From a virus (taxonomy: Duplodnaviria; Caudoviricetes): DNA of 64,000 nt. A program made the translations under genes and the position numbers. The stretch is taken from positions 64,001-128,000 of IMG/VR virus record IMGVR_UViG_3300027804_000038; one strand, given 5' to 3'. The notes under the pieces were generated by a model. It worked only from the letters and a program-made list of their open reading frames with translations, was not told where the DNA came from and searched no databases. Of this stretch, positions 9,119-18,963 are shown piece by piece (the stretch's first letter is position 1; each line of letters opens with the position of its first letter).

Positions 9119-9149
9119 CAAATATACGTCTAAATCTTTAATCTAACAA
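9119..9149 (-). promoter_or_regulatory. Putative early/host-RNAP promoter, full Bacteroidetes consensus
   Basis: Minus strand TTG(9149-9147)-N20-TATATTTG(9126-9119), 14 nt before ATG at 9104. Confidence 0.65.
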
Positions 9150-9614
9150 TAATTTTAAAAAATTTTCCCAAGTTTCCACATCATTATCGTTTCTACCAAT
9201 ATTTGCAGAATAGCAACAAAGAACAACATTGTCTCTTGTGTAACCTTTAGTCCTATCTAATCTATCTAATGATGGTTGCTGAGGGTGTTTTGGTTTATTA
9301 GATGATATTAGTGGTACATTAAACCAATAACACAAACCATTTTGACTATCGAACATCTCATTAATATCATCAACAGTTAAAGTATGTTCTTTATTCCTTT
9401 TAGTGTCGTTGATTAAAGTATTTTGCCATAACCTAACTCTTCTTTCCTTTTGTTTTAAGCTTTCATTTTTTTTAAAATCAGGGTTTAATCTGTAATTTTT
9501 TTTGTACTCTCTGGTAACTTTCAGAATACATTCTTTACATTTACTACCCCTTTGGGATACGTAAAAATCATTTTCGCTTTTAATCACACCGCATTTACTA
9601 CATTGTTTTTCCAT
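9138..9614 (-). CDS. Free-standing HNH-like (His-Me finger) endonuclease
   Basis: N-terminal CxxC...CxxC; C-terminal GLCYW...PSLDRLDRTKGYTRDNVVLCCYSANIGR typical of phage HNH homing-type nucleases. Confidence 0.75.
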   Translation of the reverse strand: MEKQCSKCGVIKSENDFYVSQRGSKCKECILKVTREYKKNYRLNPDFKKNESLKQKERRVRLWQNTLINDTKRNKEHTLTVDDINEMFDSQNGLCYWFNVPLISSNKPKHPQQPSLDRLDRTKGYTRDNVVLCCYSANIGRNDNDVETWENFLKLLLD

Positions 9615-9618
9615 TTCT

Positions 9619-9625
9619 ATAAATA
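9619..9625 (-). promoter_or_regulatory. Putative late promoter TATTTAT for HNH gene
   Basis: 4 nt before ATG 9614. Confidence 0.5.
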
Positions 9626-9671
9626 TAGGGAAAACATAAAAAAGAGGATATTTCTGCTCTTTATATGAAAA

Positions 9672-10199
9672 TTAACAGAATGGTGGTGAACACCTTTTCT
9701 TACCGTCAAGACCTTTTATTTTACCTTTACACACTTGGACAGCGTGACCATTACTATATGCTGAGGGGTACACGTCATACTTCGCCTTTGCCGATGCCTT
9801 ACCTCTAGCACATAATTTTGTTCCAGTTTTTTTACGACCTTCATTCATCTGATATAGTGCTAAAGCGTCATCAGGGTTTTTTAAAGTCATAGCTAAATCG
9901 TCAACAACATTATCATTTTCCATCATTTCACCATCACTAATATTCATGGACAATTCCATACCGTCTTTTTTTGTTTCATTCATCATAAAATCAAAAACTT
10001 GGTCTAAATTATTTTTTGCTTCAGCAATATGGTCCTGAGCCCAATCATGACCATTATCTAAAATAGAATCAACCATGTCTCTTTCTAAGTCTAACAATAA
10101 ATCACATTGTCTTCTCATTTGTTCTAAATTTGAAAAGAACATATATCTATCTGATTGCTCTTTAATAACTTTTCTAATTATATTATCTATATTTCTCAT
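9672..10199 (-). CDS. Hypothetical protein with C-terminal AK.KY.VYPSAY.NG motif
   Basis: KLCARGKASAKAKYDVYPSAYSNGHAVQVCKG at C-terminus; acidic N-terminal region. Confidence 0.6.
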   Translation of the reverse strand: MRNIDNIIRKVIKEQSDRYMFFSNLEQMRRQCDLLLDLERDMVDSILDNGHDWAQDHIAEAKNNLDQVFDFMMNETKKDGMELSMNISDGEMMENDNVVDDLAMTLKNPDDALALYQMNEGRKKTGTKLCARGKASAKAKYDVYPSAYSNGHAVQVCKGKIKGLDGKKRCSPPFC

Positions 10200-10204
10200 A
10201 ACTT

Positions 10205-10211
10205 ATAAATA
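10205..10211 (-). promoter_or_regulatory. Putative late promoter TATTTAT
   Basis: 5 nt before ATG 10199. Confidence 0.5.
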
Positions 10212-10213
10212 TT

Positions 10214-10717
10214 TTAAAAAGCAACATTTCCCTTTAATTCTTCACAAACATTATCTAAAAAGTTCTCAATCTCATGTTCTAACCCTTCATATGTCTCAAA
10301 CAAATTAATGCCTTCAGGGTCTTCAAAATTACATGTTGAGTAAGTCCCGTTTGGTTCACAATATATTTCCCCATAAAATTCATCATTATTTACGGTTAAA
10401 TAACCAGTGTGAACCATTTCGTTAGGATTATCTTCAGTAGATTCGTATTTAAAAGACATATTAACACCCCCAATTATATCAGAAAAAATATTTTCATAAT
10501 TGGTAACTTGTGAACGTGTAACTAATTCTTCATCATCTTTAAATTTACCAGTTTCGGAATAATGTATTAAATATTTCTTTTCTTTATCTGTTAAACCCTC
10601 AAATCCTACTCTATTTATTTTATCTAAAATAGAGTCAATTTTATCCATACTTTCATTAATAATATTATTAATTATTTTGATTAATTCCGATTCTGTTATT
10701 TGTATTTTTTTTCTCAT
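10214..10717 (-). CDS. Hypothetical protein, candidate internal head protein
   Basis: N-terminus MRKKIQITESELIKIINNIINES with I-x-E sites; acidic body. Confidence 0.6.
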   Translation of the reverse strand: MRKKIQITESELIKIINNIINESMDKIDSILDKINRVGFEGLTDKEKKYLIHYSETGKFKDDEELVTRSQVTNYENIFSDIIGGVNMSFKYESTEDNPNEMVHTGYLTVNNDEFYGEIYCEPNGTYSTCNFEDPEGINLFETYEGLEHEIENFLDNVCEELKGNVAF

Positions 10718-12216
10718 TTTTTGTTAACTATTTGAAATTTAATTTGTCTTTTATAGGTTTCTGACGACCCATTTGATATGACCTTTAAGTCAATATAATA
10801 TTCATTAGGTATTTTGTCAGTAGTATCAAATATAAAATAAAATTGATTATCTGACCTATTTATTTCAGTCCAATCTTGTACTTGAACTTCAGTTTGGCCC
10901 TCTCTAACATATAGTCTATAATAAGCGTTTACATTAGACAATATCTCATTTGTACTATATGCTTTTTTAACTATAACGCCAACTTTTCTAATATCTGTAT
11001 TTAATATTTTTTCGTCTTGTTTAATACCATAAAAATCGAACCCATACAATATTGGGTCTTGACTCATTGTTGATATTTGTAAAGTATTATTATATGGTAA
11101 AAGTATTATAGTATTTGTTATATTACTTAGACTATTTCCATTGTATATTAAATTACTCCAAACGTCATATATCGTACATGGTACGTTTGTGTTACCTGTA
11201 ATTGCGGGTATTGTTACTTCATAAATCCCTTTTGATATTAGACAAGACGTTAGAGGTCCTTGTATAATACTATCTTCAGAGTCAATTATATTAACAGTTG
11301 GTGGGGTGTCTAAATTAACTAAATCACCGTCAATATATGAAAATAAATAAAGTTTATTTTCATTATTTGTCACAAAATAATTTCGATTATCTTTAATTAA
11401 ATCATTATATGATGTCTCTAAAAATGGTTCATAAAATGTTTGAGTATGCCTACTAAAAAAGGCAACTGCGTAATTTTCAGTCAACCCTGTTAAATTTTCA
11501 AGTTCAGGTGAAAAAGATATAATCCATCCCGTGTTACCAGTAGTACCACCACTTAAAATTGAGTTTATTTCATCCGTCATATCAAACTCAATATCTTCAT
11601 TACCAAATTCAAAGTGTTGAGTATCAACAATAGTTAACCCACTATAATTTACATTACCTGAATTTGTATTTGAATATATCCCATTTTGACTCCATCCTGA
11701 TATAGTTGTTGTTTGATACCAATTAGAGGGTCTCTGAGAGTAACTTTTATTTTCAGGTAGTAATATTGGAGTTATAAGTCCATTTGAAAAATTAGTTGTA
11801 TTTTGTACATCATAATAATCAGAACCTACTCCTTCATCCCAATATTGTGGATTACCAGTTGAACCCGAAATTTTAGGTATTCTGATTAAATGTAAATCAA
11901 AAGAAGTTGCTCTTAACCTCCCGTCTGACATTGAGGTATTAAGTAACTCAGTATCAAATGAAGAAGTGTTAGTCATTCTAAGTTTGTGAGTTATTCCACT
12001 AAATCCTGTACATCCTGTTGAAATAACTCCTGATGAAAATTTACTAACTAACTCGGTTAAATCTAAATCAAAAATAAACCTTGAGAAACCTTTTTGTGAT
12101 AGTACGTCATTTGCGGTACCAAAATACAATTCAGTATAAGGAGCCTTACCAGTATTTGTAAAACTATTATACAATAATGTATTATTTCTAGAAAAATATG
12201 AACGATGTATTGACAT
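10714..12216 (-). CDS. Putative virion structural protein (Ser/Thr/Gly-rich, beta-rich)
   Basis: Start moved to ATG 12216 (MSIHRSY), 13 nt after late motif; 8 [ST]GxT motifs; follows spike gene. Confidence 0.6.
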   Translation of the reverse strand: MSIHRSYFSRNNTLLYNSFTNTGKAPYTELYFGTANDVLSQKGFSRFIFDLDLTELVSKFSSGVISTGCTGFSGITHKLRMTNTSSFDTELLNTSMSDGRLRATSFDLHLIRIPKISGSTGNPQYWDEGVGSDYYDVQNTTNFSNGLITPILLPENKSYSQRPSNWYQTTTISGWSQNGIYSNTNSGNVNYSGLTIVDTQHFEFGNEDIEFDMTDEINSILSGGTTGNTGWIISFSPELENLTGLTENYAVAFFSRHTQTFYEPFLETSYNDLIKDNRNYFVTNNENKLYLFSYIDGDLVNLDTPPTVNIIDSEDSIIQGPLTSCLISKGIYEVTIPAITGNTNVPCTIYDVWSNLIYNGNSLSNITNTIILLPYNNTLQISTMSQDPILYGFDFYGIKQDEKILNTDIRKVGVIVKKAYSTNEILSNVNAYYRLYVREGQTEVQVQDWTEINRSDNQFYFIFDTTDKIPNEYYIDLKVISNGSSETYKRQIKFQIVNKK

Positions 12217-12229
12217 TATCTTTTTATAG

Positions 12230-12236
12230 ATAAATA
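12230..12236 (-). promoter_or_regulatory. Putative late promoter TATTTAT
   Basis: 13 nt before ATG 12216. Confidence 0.55.
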
Positions 12237-13856
12237 TCAATTAATTCGAATGTTTTGATTAAGAACTTTAGAATCAAAATTTTGGAATTCAATCTCTATT
12301 TCCGCAGACGTGGTTCCCTGACTAGTTACGGGAGACGGAGGTAACATATGGTAAGGGTGAGAATGGGTAATTAAGAACTTAACCACTAAATTTAAAAACT
12401 CTTTTAATTTTTCTCCTCTAACCATAGGTTCAGTATTCGGTATTATTTCGTCAAAAATTTTACTTTGAGTTATTCCATAAACACTATCTGAACCTAAATT
12501 AATTTTTTGTTTACCAGGTATCACAGAGTCATGAGAAAGAAAAATCATCTTATTACTACCCCCAACAGAAACACTATTTTTTTTCAATACTGTTTCATAA
12601 GGGTTTGTTGATATTGTTATATTTTTTTTAGATATTCCAAATTTATTGAATTGAGAAACTAGTCCACAACCCTTTTCTGATAGAAAATATGAAATAATAT
12701 TAGCCTTTGAGAATTTAACTAATGAAGTTATTTTTAATAAATTTGTTTTAATTGTTAAATTTTCAGGTGACGTTATTTCAGACATTATGTTCCTCAAATT
12801 TTTAGATGGTCGATAATAAAATGGAAATCTTTGTCCTGAAAATTGAGAGAGTTTCGGTATATAAGGTGACTTTATATCAACTGCTCCTGTATTTAAACCC
12901 TCAATAACTGAATTAATTAAAAATGTTACTCCTGATTGAGGAATCCCAACAAATTGGTAAGTAAATATTGGTGTTGTAACACTAGACGGTAACTCAGTGT
13001 TTTCCTTAAATTCATTATTTTTAACTGAGCTTGATGCTGGTATATCGTATATATAAATTGCGCCAGTGTAAGAATTTGCATTGTTATCTAAACCTTGTAT
13101 AATATCATATTCAATTAATTTAGATAATGGGGACTCATCGGTTTCACTAATTTGTGCGTTCTCTGAAGGTTGATTTATAACATCCTTACTAAAATATGAA
13201 ATCTGATAAAAACCTCGTTTTTCATTAACGTACGGAGTCGTGTTTGGAGTTATTTCTGATGTTTTTCCAGCTCTAATTAATAGTTCGTTTGGTTTTATAA
13301 TTATATCTGAAGAACCTTTACCGTATATTGCAATATCGGACAATTTATTTGGAACTCCAACTTCTGCAAATATTCCTTTTATCTTTTGATTTCTATATTC
13401 AGAAGTAGGTGTTTTTAAATTTGGTGACCCTTGAATATTCGAACCTTGAGCTGTTTGGGATAAACTTTGTGAGTAGTCCTCAGAACTAATATTAAATGGA
13501 TTAGATTTTGGACCAGGAATATAAAATTGCTCTTTCCTACCTGTATTTTTTTCAGGGTTAGAATACATCAACCATACTAATTCACCAACCTCAGGTACCA
13601 TTGTTATTGAAAACGGAATTAGAGGTAGAAAAACAAATGGGTCTAAATTTGTAAATTTAAATTCGTCTAAAATATCGCTACCGTCTTCATTAACAATTCC
13701 TTTGTCTTTATAAGAATCTAATATCTGTTGCACACTTTCGTGGTCAGGGAAAACTCTAATCCTGCTCAGAACTTGATAATCATTATTATCAATAACTCTT
13801 CCCGTAAATATTATTTTACTATGGTCAGAAACGTAATCAACAATTTTATCCCGCAT
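12237..13856 (-). CDS. Baseplate central spike protein (gp5/VgrG-like N-terminal OB fold, C-terminal HxH)
   Basis: N-terminal GRVIDNND...RIRV...LPLIP...VPEVGELVWLMY OB-fold pattern; C-terminal VRGEKL...THSHPYH metal-binding apex motif. Confidence 0.7.
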   Translation of the reverse strand: MRDKIVDYVSDHSKIIFTGRVIDNNDYQVLSRIRVFPDHESVQQILDSYKDKGIVNEDGSDILDEFKFTNLDPFVFLPLIPFSITMVPEVGELVWLMYSNPEKNTGRKEQFYIPGPKSNPFNISSEDYSQSLSQTAQGSNIQGSPNLKTPTSEYRNQKIKGIFAEVGVPNKLSDIAIYGKGSSDIIIKPNELLIRAGKTSEITPNTTPYVNEKRGFYQISYFSKDVINQPSENAQISETDESPLSKLIEYDIIQGLDNNANSYTGAIYIYDIPASSSVKNNEFKENTELPSSVTTPIFTYQFVGIPQSGVTFLINSVIEGLNTGAVDIKSPYIPKLSQFSGQRFPFYYRPSKNLRNIMSEITSPENLTIKTNLLKITSLVKFSKANIISYFLSEKGCGLVSQFNKFGISKKNITISTNPYETVLKKNSVSVGGSNKMIFLSHDSVIPGKQKINLGSDSVYGITQSKIFDEIIPNTEPMVRGEKLKEFLNLVVKFLITHSHPYHMLPPSPVTSQGTTSAEIEIEFQNFDSKVLNQNIRIN

Positions 13857-14061
13857 TTCTACTGTTATATTCTTTTAAAATTATATTATAGGTATGTTCT
13901 AATCTGTCCAAATGTTTAGTTAAATCTATCACAGTTCTTTTAGTATGTTCAAAATCTTGAGATAGAACATCCAAAGCTTTTACTAAATCCTTATTAGGTC
14001 TGTTATTAAAATCTTTAATTATGTCTAAAACTTCTTCAGTTATTTTATACCTGTTTTCCAT
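13846..14061 (-). CDS. Small coiled-coil hypothetical protein
   Basis: 71 aa, heptad pattern, overlaps both neighbours. Confidence 0.65.
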   Translation of the reverse strand: MENRYKITEEVLDIIKDFNNRPNKDLVKALDVLSQDFEHTKRTVIDLTKHLDRLEHTYNIILKEYNSRNAG

Positions 14062-15943
14062 AAATTTTAACTGCGCTAAATGGAGGTGGTAATTGTATAC
14101 CGCCCTCTAGTTTACCATTTATTTTTTGTTCTTTATCTTGTCCTTTCATTTGTGCAAACATTGCCATAAGACCTAAATTAGGAGTACCATCAGGATTTGG
14201 TCCTGTTGGTAAACCTGATTTTTGCATGTTCTCAATACCATTAATAAACGCTCTATTAGGTGAGTAACCTGGTAACAATGAAGATAATTGTAAAAGTGGG
14301 AATGGTATTATTTGAGGGTTTAATTTTGGTATTAAATTAAATAACTGTAAAATAGCGTCAATAACACTCTTACATTTCCTATAGTCATCAACTAAAGCAA
14401 TTATAGTTTTGGCTAAATTAACTAATCTTTCAATCATTAAATAAACTGTACCTTCTTCGTCTTTTGTAATATCAATAATAATTGACCTAACTAAATTTCT
14501 AATATCTTTTTTAATCTCGTTAAACAGAATCTCAATAAAAAGAGCCCCTATTCGTGAGATTAATTGTTTCATGAATTCTTTATTTTGTTTTATAAAATTA
14601 GTAATACCTGTAATTGTTTCATCATAAAGAACCCCTAACGCTTTTATCATAACTAAAAATGGAAAAAGTACTTTAGGAGATAAAATAGTTGAAATTAATG
14701 CTAATGGTAAATTTTTTATAAAATCAGTATCTATAGTTATTTTTATTTGATTAGGATATGGAAATTGTAACTGCCATTCGGGTAAATTAGATAATGTCGT
14801 AGAAGTGTTATTAAGGACATCCTCCAAGTTACTACCATCATCCGAAACAAAAGATATGTTTTCAAATAAGGACTCTGTGTTTATTGGTAATTCTACATTA
14901 TCACAAGTCTCAAATGTTATTATACCTCTTTTAACTTGAGATGTTTTTTCTTCAATAATTGAGGTGTCGATATTTGTTATATCAAAAAAACTATCATTAG
15001 TATCGTCTAATTCAGGTGTTTTAGATTGACCTCCAACAGATATTTCAGATTCTTCGTCAAAACATAATCCTAATATTCTTTGAACCAATAATCCGAATTT
15101 ATTTTTGTCATCAATAGTCGCGATACCATACCCAATTTCAATAGAAACTATACCGAAAATAGAATCTAATAGTTGGGTAATTAGTGCCTTAAAATCAAAT
15201 AAGTTAATTGTCTGATAATAATCAACAATAAATTCTGAAATTTTATTTACACCATTTGGTCTGTCATATAAAGTAACTTTAAACCATCCACCTGGCTCAT
15301 TAGTTATTGGATTAACGTCAAAATATTGTAAATCAAATAAGTCATTTGATGATAGTCCTTTATAAGGGTTTAAAAATTCTGAAGATAAAGGTTGCGAACT
15401 CTCAATCAACTTTCTAAACATCTGATTTGAGCTCCTTGGGATATTATTAGATGTTGCGTCATTAAAGTCATTTGGTTCGTACATAACCTTACCTGTTTTT
15501 GAATCAATTGGTTTCATTAATAATTTTAATAAATCAAATGATTGTACTCTAACATAAAATGACCCACTACTATATACTTGTTCTAAATCACACCCTAAAG
15601 CTTTTATAATTTCCTCAACTAAAATATTTTGTAGTTGAGGTTTCATAACTCTAATTGCCCTTACTAACTTTTTAATTAAAAACTGTGCGGTATCAGGACC
15701 TGCACCTTTATTAGACTGTATTAGATTTATTAATTTTCCAAACTGACCTTCTACCTTTTTTTTAATTTGTTGGTTAATTTCGGCTTGGTCTAATTGGAAT
15801 TTAGAAAAATCAAAATTAGGCTGAGTAAAATTTTCAGCTTTCTTTTGAGCGTTTTTTATTGCGGACTTAACTTCAGTAAATTCTTTGTAAGCCTTTAATC
15901 TACTTTTCGCGTCATCATAACTATTTTCTAAATCTATTGCCAT
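14045..15943 (-). CDS. Large hypothetical protein, probably virion/baseplate associated
   Basis: 632 aa intact ORF in late operon with the spike gene. Confidence 0.65.
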   Translation of the reverse strand: MAIDLENSYDDAKSRLKAYKEFTEVKSAIKNAQKKAENFTQPNFDFSKFQLDQAEINQQIKKKVEGQFGKLINLIQSNKGAGPDTAQFLIKKLVRAIRVMKPQLQNILVEEIIKALGCDLEQVYSSGSFYVRVQSFDLLKLLMKPIDSKTGKVMYEPNDFNDATSNNIPRSSNQMFRKLIESSQPLSSEFLNPYKGLSSNDLFDLQYFDVNPITNEPGGWFKVTLYDRPNGVNKISEFIVDYYQTINLFDFKALITQLLDSIFGIVSIEIGYGIATIDDKNKFGLLVQRILGLCFDEESEISVGGQSKTPELDDTNDSFFDITNIDTSIIEEKTSQVKRGIITFETCDNVELPINTESLFENISFVSDDGSNLEDVLNNTSTTLSNLPEWQLQFPYPNQIKITIDTDFIKNLPLALISTILSPKVLFPFLVMIKALGVLYDETITGITNFIKQNKEFMKQLISRIGALFIEILFNEIKKDIRNLVRSIIIDITKDEEGTVYLMIERLVNLAKTIIALVDDYRKCKSVIDAILQLFNLIPKLNPQIIPFPLLQLSSLLPGYSPNRAFINGIENMQKSGLPTGPNPDGTPNLGLMAMFAQMKGQDKEQKINGKLEGGIQLPPPFSAVKIYGKQV

Positions 15944-16305
15944 TACATACTAAATTGTTCACCATCCGATTCAATATCTTTTTCTATTAATCCATGTAAT
16001 AAATCTTCATCCATTTCAGTAATATCAAACGATTCTTCTTTTGAACTTTGCTTTTCCCAAATACCTGACTGTAGTTTTGAAAGTTGTAATTTTTTTTCTA
16101 CACAGTCATTTATTATTTTTTGTTGTTTTTCGATTACTGGACCAATTAATGTCATATCCTCAGGTTCTTTCATCATAGAAACCATTTTGTTTTGGATTCT
16201 AATCGCCGTAGACCTCTGCTCAACCAACTCATTATAGATTTCTTGCATTAGAGTTAGTATTGAATCTTTAGTAAACTTTATTTCCTTTCTTTTTGGTTTT
16301 GCCAT
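15943..16305 (-). CDS. Hypothetical coiled-coil protein
   Basis: 120 aa, first gene after late motif at 16310-16316. Confidence 0.7.
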   Translation of the reverse strand: MAKPKRKEIKFTKDSILTLMQEIYNELVEQRSTAIRIQNKMVSMMKEPEDMTLIGPVIEKQQKIINDCVEKKLQLSKLQSGIWEKQSSKEESFDITEMDEDLLHGLIEKDIESDGEQFSM

Positions 16306-16309
16306 AATA

Positions 16310-16316
16310 ATAAATA
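16310..16316 (-). promoter_or_regulatory. Putative late promoter TATTTAT (spike operon)
   Basis: 4 nt before ATG 16305. Confidence 0.55.
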
Positions 16317-16331
16317 TAAATTTACTTTTTT

Positions 16332-17084
16332 TTATTCATCATCTTCAGACGGTGAAATTAACTTTAAGTATATTTTTTTATATTTTTTCATAGACGACCT
16401 AATTTCTTTAGTTGACATGTTAGTAATTTCCCTAAGAGACAATAAAATAACATTTTTGTTAAATTTATTATTATCACTAGCTGGAAAAATAGTTTCGTAG
16501 TTTTCAAAAATATCACTTAAAGCTAAACCTAATTTATACTCGTTTTCGTTTAAATCTTCATCTTCTAAAACTTCTTTTATTAAATTAATTAAAGTTGGTA
16601 TTATATGACTATCGTCTTCTGGTTCTATATCCAGATAATAAACCATATCTTTATTGTTTTCTAAGTCACTTGAAATGTCTTCGTATGATATTTTTCTATT
16701 GAATTCTTTTTGGTCTTTTAATATTTGACCCATTAAATAGTTTTTACATATTGTACCAAAATACGAATATGCCTTTTTTTCTTTACTAGGTACAAATTTA
16801 TCTACCTTAGTCATTAAAAAAGAATGAGTGTCTGTATGGATTTCGTTAAAATCCATGTCTTTTCTGTACAATTTGTACCTTCTTATAATTGATGAAATCA
16901 TTTTATCTAATGGATATCTCAAATATTCATTATATATTTTATTTTTTTCATCAAATGTAGTGGCGGTCAGAAACATTCTAACCGCCATTTCTTCTCTAAC
17001 ATCGAAATAATTCTCGTTTTGAGATTTCTTTGTTCTTTTTCCTTCGGAAACATTTATAGTGATAGAAGATGCAGTTATTAACAT
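16332..17084 (-). CDS. Late transcription sigma factor (T4 gp55-like)
   Basis: NYF near N-terminus and region-2 motif FLMTKVDKFVPSKEKKAYSYFGTICKNYL resembling gp55 NFDPEKSKNPFAYFTQI. Confidence 0.75.
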   Translation of the reverse strand: MLITASSITINVSEGKRTKKSQNENYFDVREEMAVRMFLTATTFDEKNKIYNEYLRYPLDKMISSIIRRYKLYRKDMDFNEIHTDTHSFLMTKVDKFVPSKEKKAYSYFGTICKNYLMGQILKDQKEFNRKISYEDISSDLENNKDMVYYLDIEPEDDSHIIPTLINLIKEVLEDEDLNENEYKLGLALSDIFENYETIFPASDNNKFNKNVILLSLREITNMSTKEIRSSMKKYKKIYLKLISPSEDDE

Positions 17085-17887
17085 TAAGCATTTTCTAAAT
17101 ATTTTATATTTCTATCATCAACAAAATAATATTCTTTTTTTGCGGTAGAAATCCAAAACTTCACCTCGTCCTCCGATAATCTAGTATCCCCATTTTTGTA
17201 TTCCCAAAATAAAGATTCATCTCTCATATTAACGTGTTTGTATCCAATTCTTGGGATTGTCATAATTTTTACTGAATTGTATGTCATTCTTAAAAGAAAT
17301 TCATAAACAAATGTTAGTTTCATGCTTGATTTAAATCCCCCAAAATTTTCTAAAACTTCTTTTTTAATAACCATTCCTGCGGTTTGGAAATTTTGATAAT
17401 TATGTAACATATCATTTGTCAATATTCCCATTTCTTGTGCGAAATTGGCTGCAAAGGTTGCTTCATTTGTGAATCCCGCAAAAGAAAGTTTGTTATCAAC
17501 ATCAATTACAATTGGTAAAAATGCTTCTGAATCTGGATATATGTCAGAATATTTTTTTACATTTTTAAACCATATTTGAGAATATTCATCATCAAACTCA
17601 AAAAATGAAATCCATTCTGATTTAGATTCTTTAATACCTAAATTTATTTGTGACGAATAATTTGGTTCACCATCGTACAACACTTTATTTACTTCTAAAC
17701 CTGTAAAATCAAAAGAGTTTAAAAAATTAACTAAAGTTTCTTCATTAGTGTGAACAATAACTAATTCTTTAGGTTTTACCTGTTGAGTCCTAATAGAGTC
17801 TATTGCTTTTTTAAAAAAATCTTCAAAATCTTTTACCTTAGAAGATTTAATAGGTAGTATTACTGATAAATTTAAAATGTTTTCCAT
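17084..17887 (-). CDS. Glycosyltransferase, GT2/GT-A fold
   Basis: LSVILPI start, INLGIKESKSEWISFFEFDDEY DxD-like motif. Confidence 0.8.
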   Translation of the reverse strand: MENILNLSVILPIKSSKVKDFEDFFKKAIDSIRTQQVKPKELVIVHTNEETLVNFLNSFDFTGLEVNKVLYDGEPNYSSQINLGIKESKSEWISFFEFDDEYSQIWFKNVKKYSDIYPDSEAFLPIVIDVDNKLSFAGFTNEATFAANFAQEMGILTNDMLHNYQNFQTAGMVIKKEVLENFGGFKSSMKLTFVYEFLLRMTYNSVKIMTIPRIGYKHVNMRDESLFWEYKNGDTRLSEDEVKFWISTAKKEYYFVDDRNIKYLENA

Positions 17888-17892
17888 ATTTT

Positions 17893-18954
17893 TTACGATT
17901 CAATTGTTTGGTGTTTATTCAATTCTCCCTCAAATATTTTTGTCCTAATCTCACTATAATGATTAAATGTTTTAACTACTTCTTCTTTAAAGTTATTCTC
18001 GTTTGAGAACTTTTCTACGGTCTCGTAACCCCCTTCGTATAATTTATCAGAAATATTATCCTCTAACCAATTCTGTATAAAATCCGCAACCAAGTCTGGT
18101 AATCTAATAATATCTTGAACCCAAATACCGTTATTTTCATTTATCCAAGAAGGTACCATTTTTGGAAGTTTACCCATTACAGGAACACCCGATTTCATAG
18201 ATTCTAGTGGGTAGGTTCCAAATGAACTGATGTCGTCAATCCAAATAGATAACATACAATCTTTAAGAGTATTTGCAAATTGTTCTTGAGAAACTCCCAT
18301 CATATCTCTAAATGATATCCATCTATATTGAGGAAATTTTACATAGAATAATTTAATAAAATTAATTGAATCTCTATGTTCTCTTGAATGAATTGCAATA
18401 ATTGGCTTTGCAGGATATGTAGGCTTTTCAAACACATTTGAAATTGTTGGTTCAATAACATCAATTGACGTATTTCTCATTACTGATGAAATATATTCTT
18501 TCATTTTTTCAGATGTAGTAATACATTTTGTAAATCCAAATTGACCCCATGTTTGTCCAGGTTGCAAAGTTTCAAAAATGTAATCATATGATTGACATAA
18601 TACTATCTTAGCACAAGGAAGATTAACTAATTGAGGCATTACATATCCTAAAATTTCAGGAACAATTATCGTATCCTCTGGAGATATTGCCAAATTCTTA
18701 CCCTCAACAGAGATGTGTTCGAGATTTTCCATGTATTTTGAACCTAACCAATCCTGTACTCCAAAATAATCGGGTTTTTCATGTAAAATAATTGCATTAT
18801 GACCATTTTCTTTTAATGATAAAGCCATGTCATAAATGTATTTAATAGACGCTTTAGCATTACCCTTAGTGTCTTGTACAAAAAAATAAATTCTAGCTGA
18901 TTTATTTTTTAAATTTTCAATAGATTGTTCTAATTTTTTTACTATTTCGCTCAT
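17893..18954 (-). CDS. Glycosyltransferase, GT-B fold (GT4-like)
   Basis: IIVPE motif; C-terminal SSFGTYPLESMKSGVPVMG donor-binding motif. Confidence 0.75.
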   Translation of the reverse strand: MSEIVKKLEQSIENLKNKSARIYFFVQDTKGNAKASIKYIYDMALSLKENGHNAIILHEKPDYFGVQDWLGSKYMENLEHISVEGKNLAISPEDTIIVPEILGYVMPQLVNLPCAKIVLCQSYDYIFETLQPGQTWGQFGFTKCITTSEKMKEYISSVMRNTSIDVIEPTISNVFEKPTYPAKPIIAIHSREHRDSINFIKLFYVKFPQYRWISFRDMMGVSQEQFANTLKDCMLSIWIDDISSFGTYPLESMKSGVPVMGKLPKMVPSWINENNGIWVQDIIRLPDLVADFIQNWLEDNISDKLYEGGYETVEKFSNENNFKEEVVKTFNHYSEIRTKIFEGELNKHQTIES

Positions 18955-18963
18955 ATACTATTA

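Noticed and set aside
9638-9662. Possible terminator between the 175 aa gene and the HNH gene
   Set aside because: Only a 6 bp A/T-rich stem (AAAGAG/CTCTTT) with an irregular loop; too weak to call
15943-16305. Small terminase subunit call for the 120 aa coiled-coil protein
   Set aside because: Size and helicity fit but no recognisable motif and no large terminase nearby in the window
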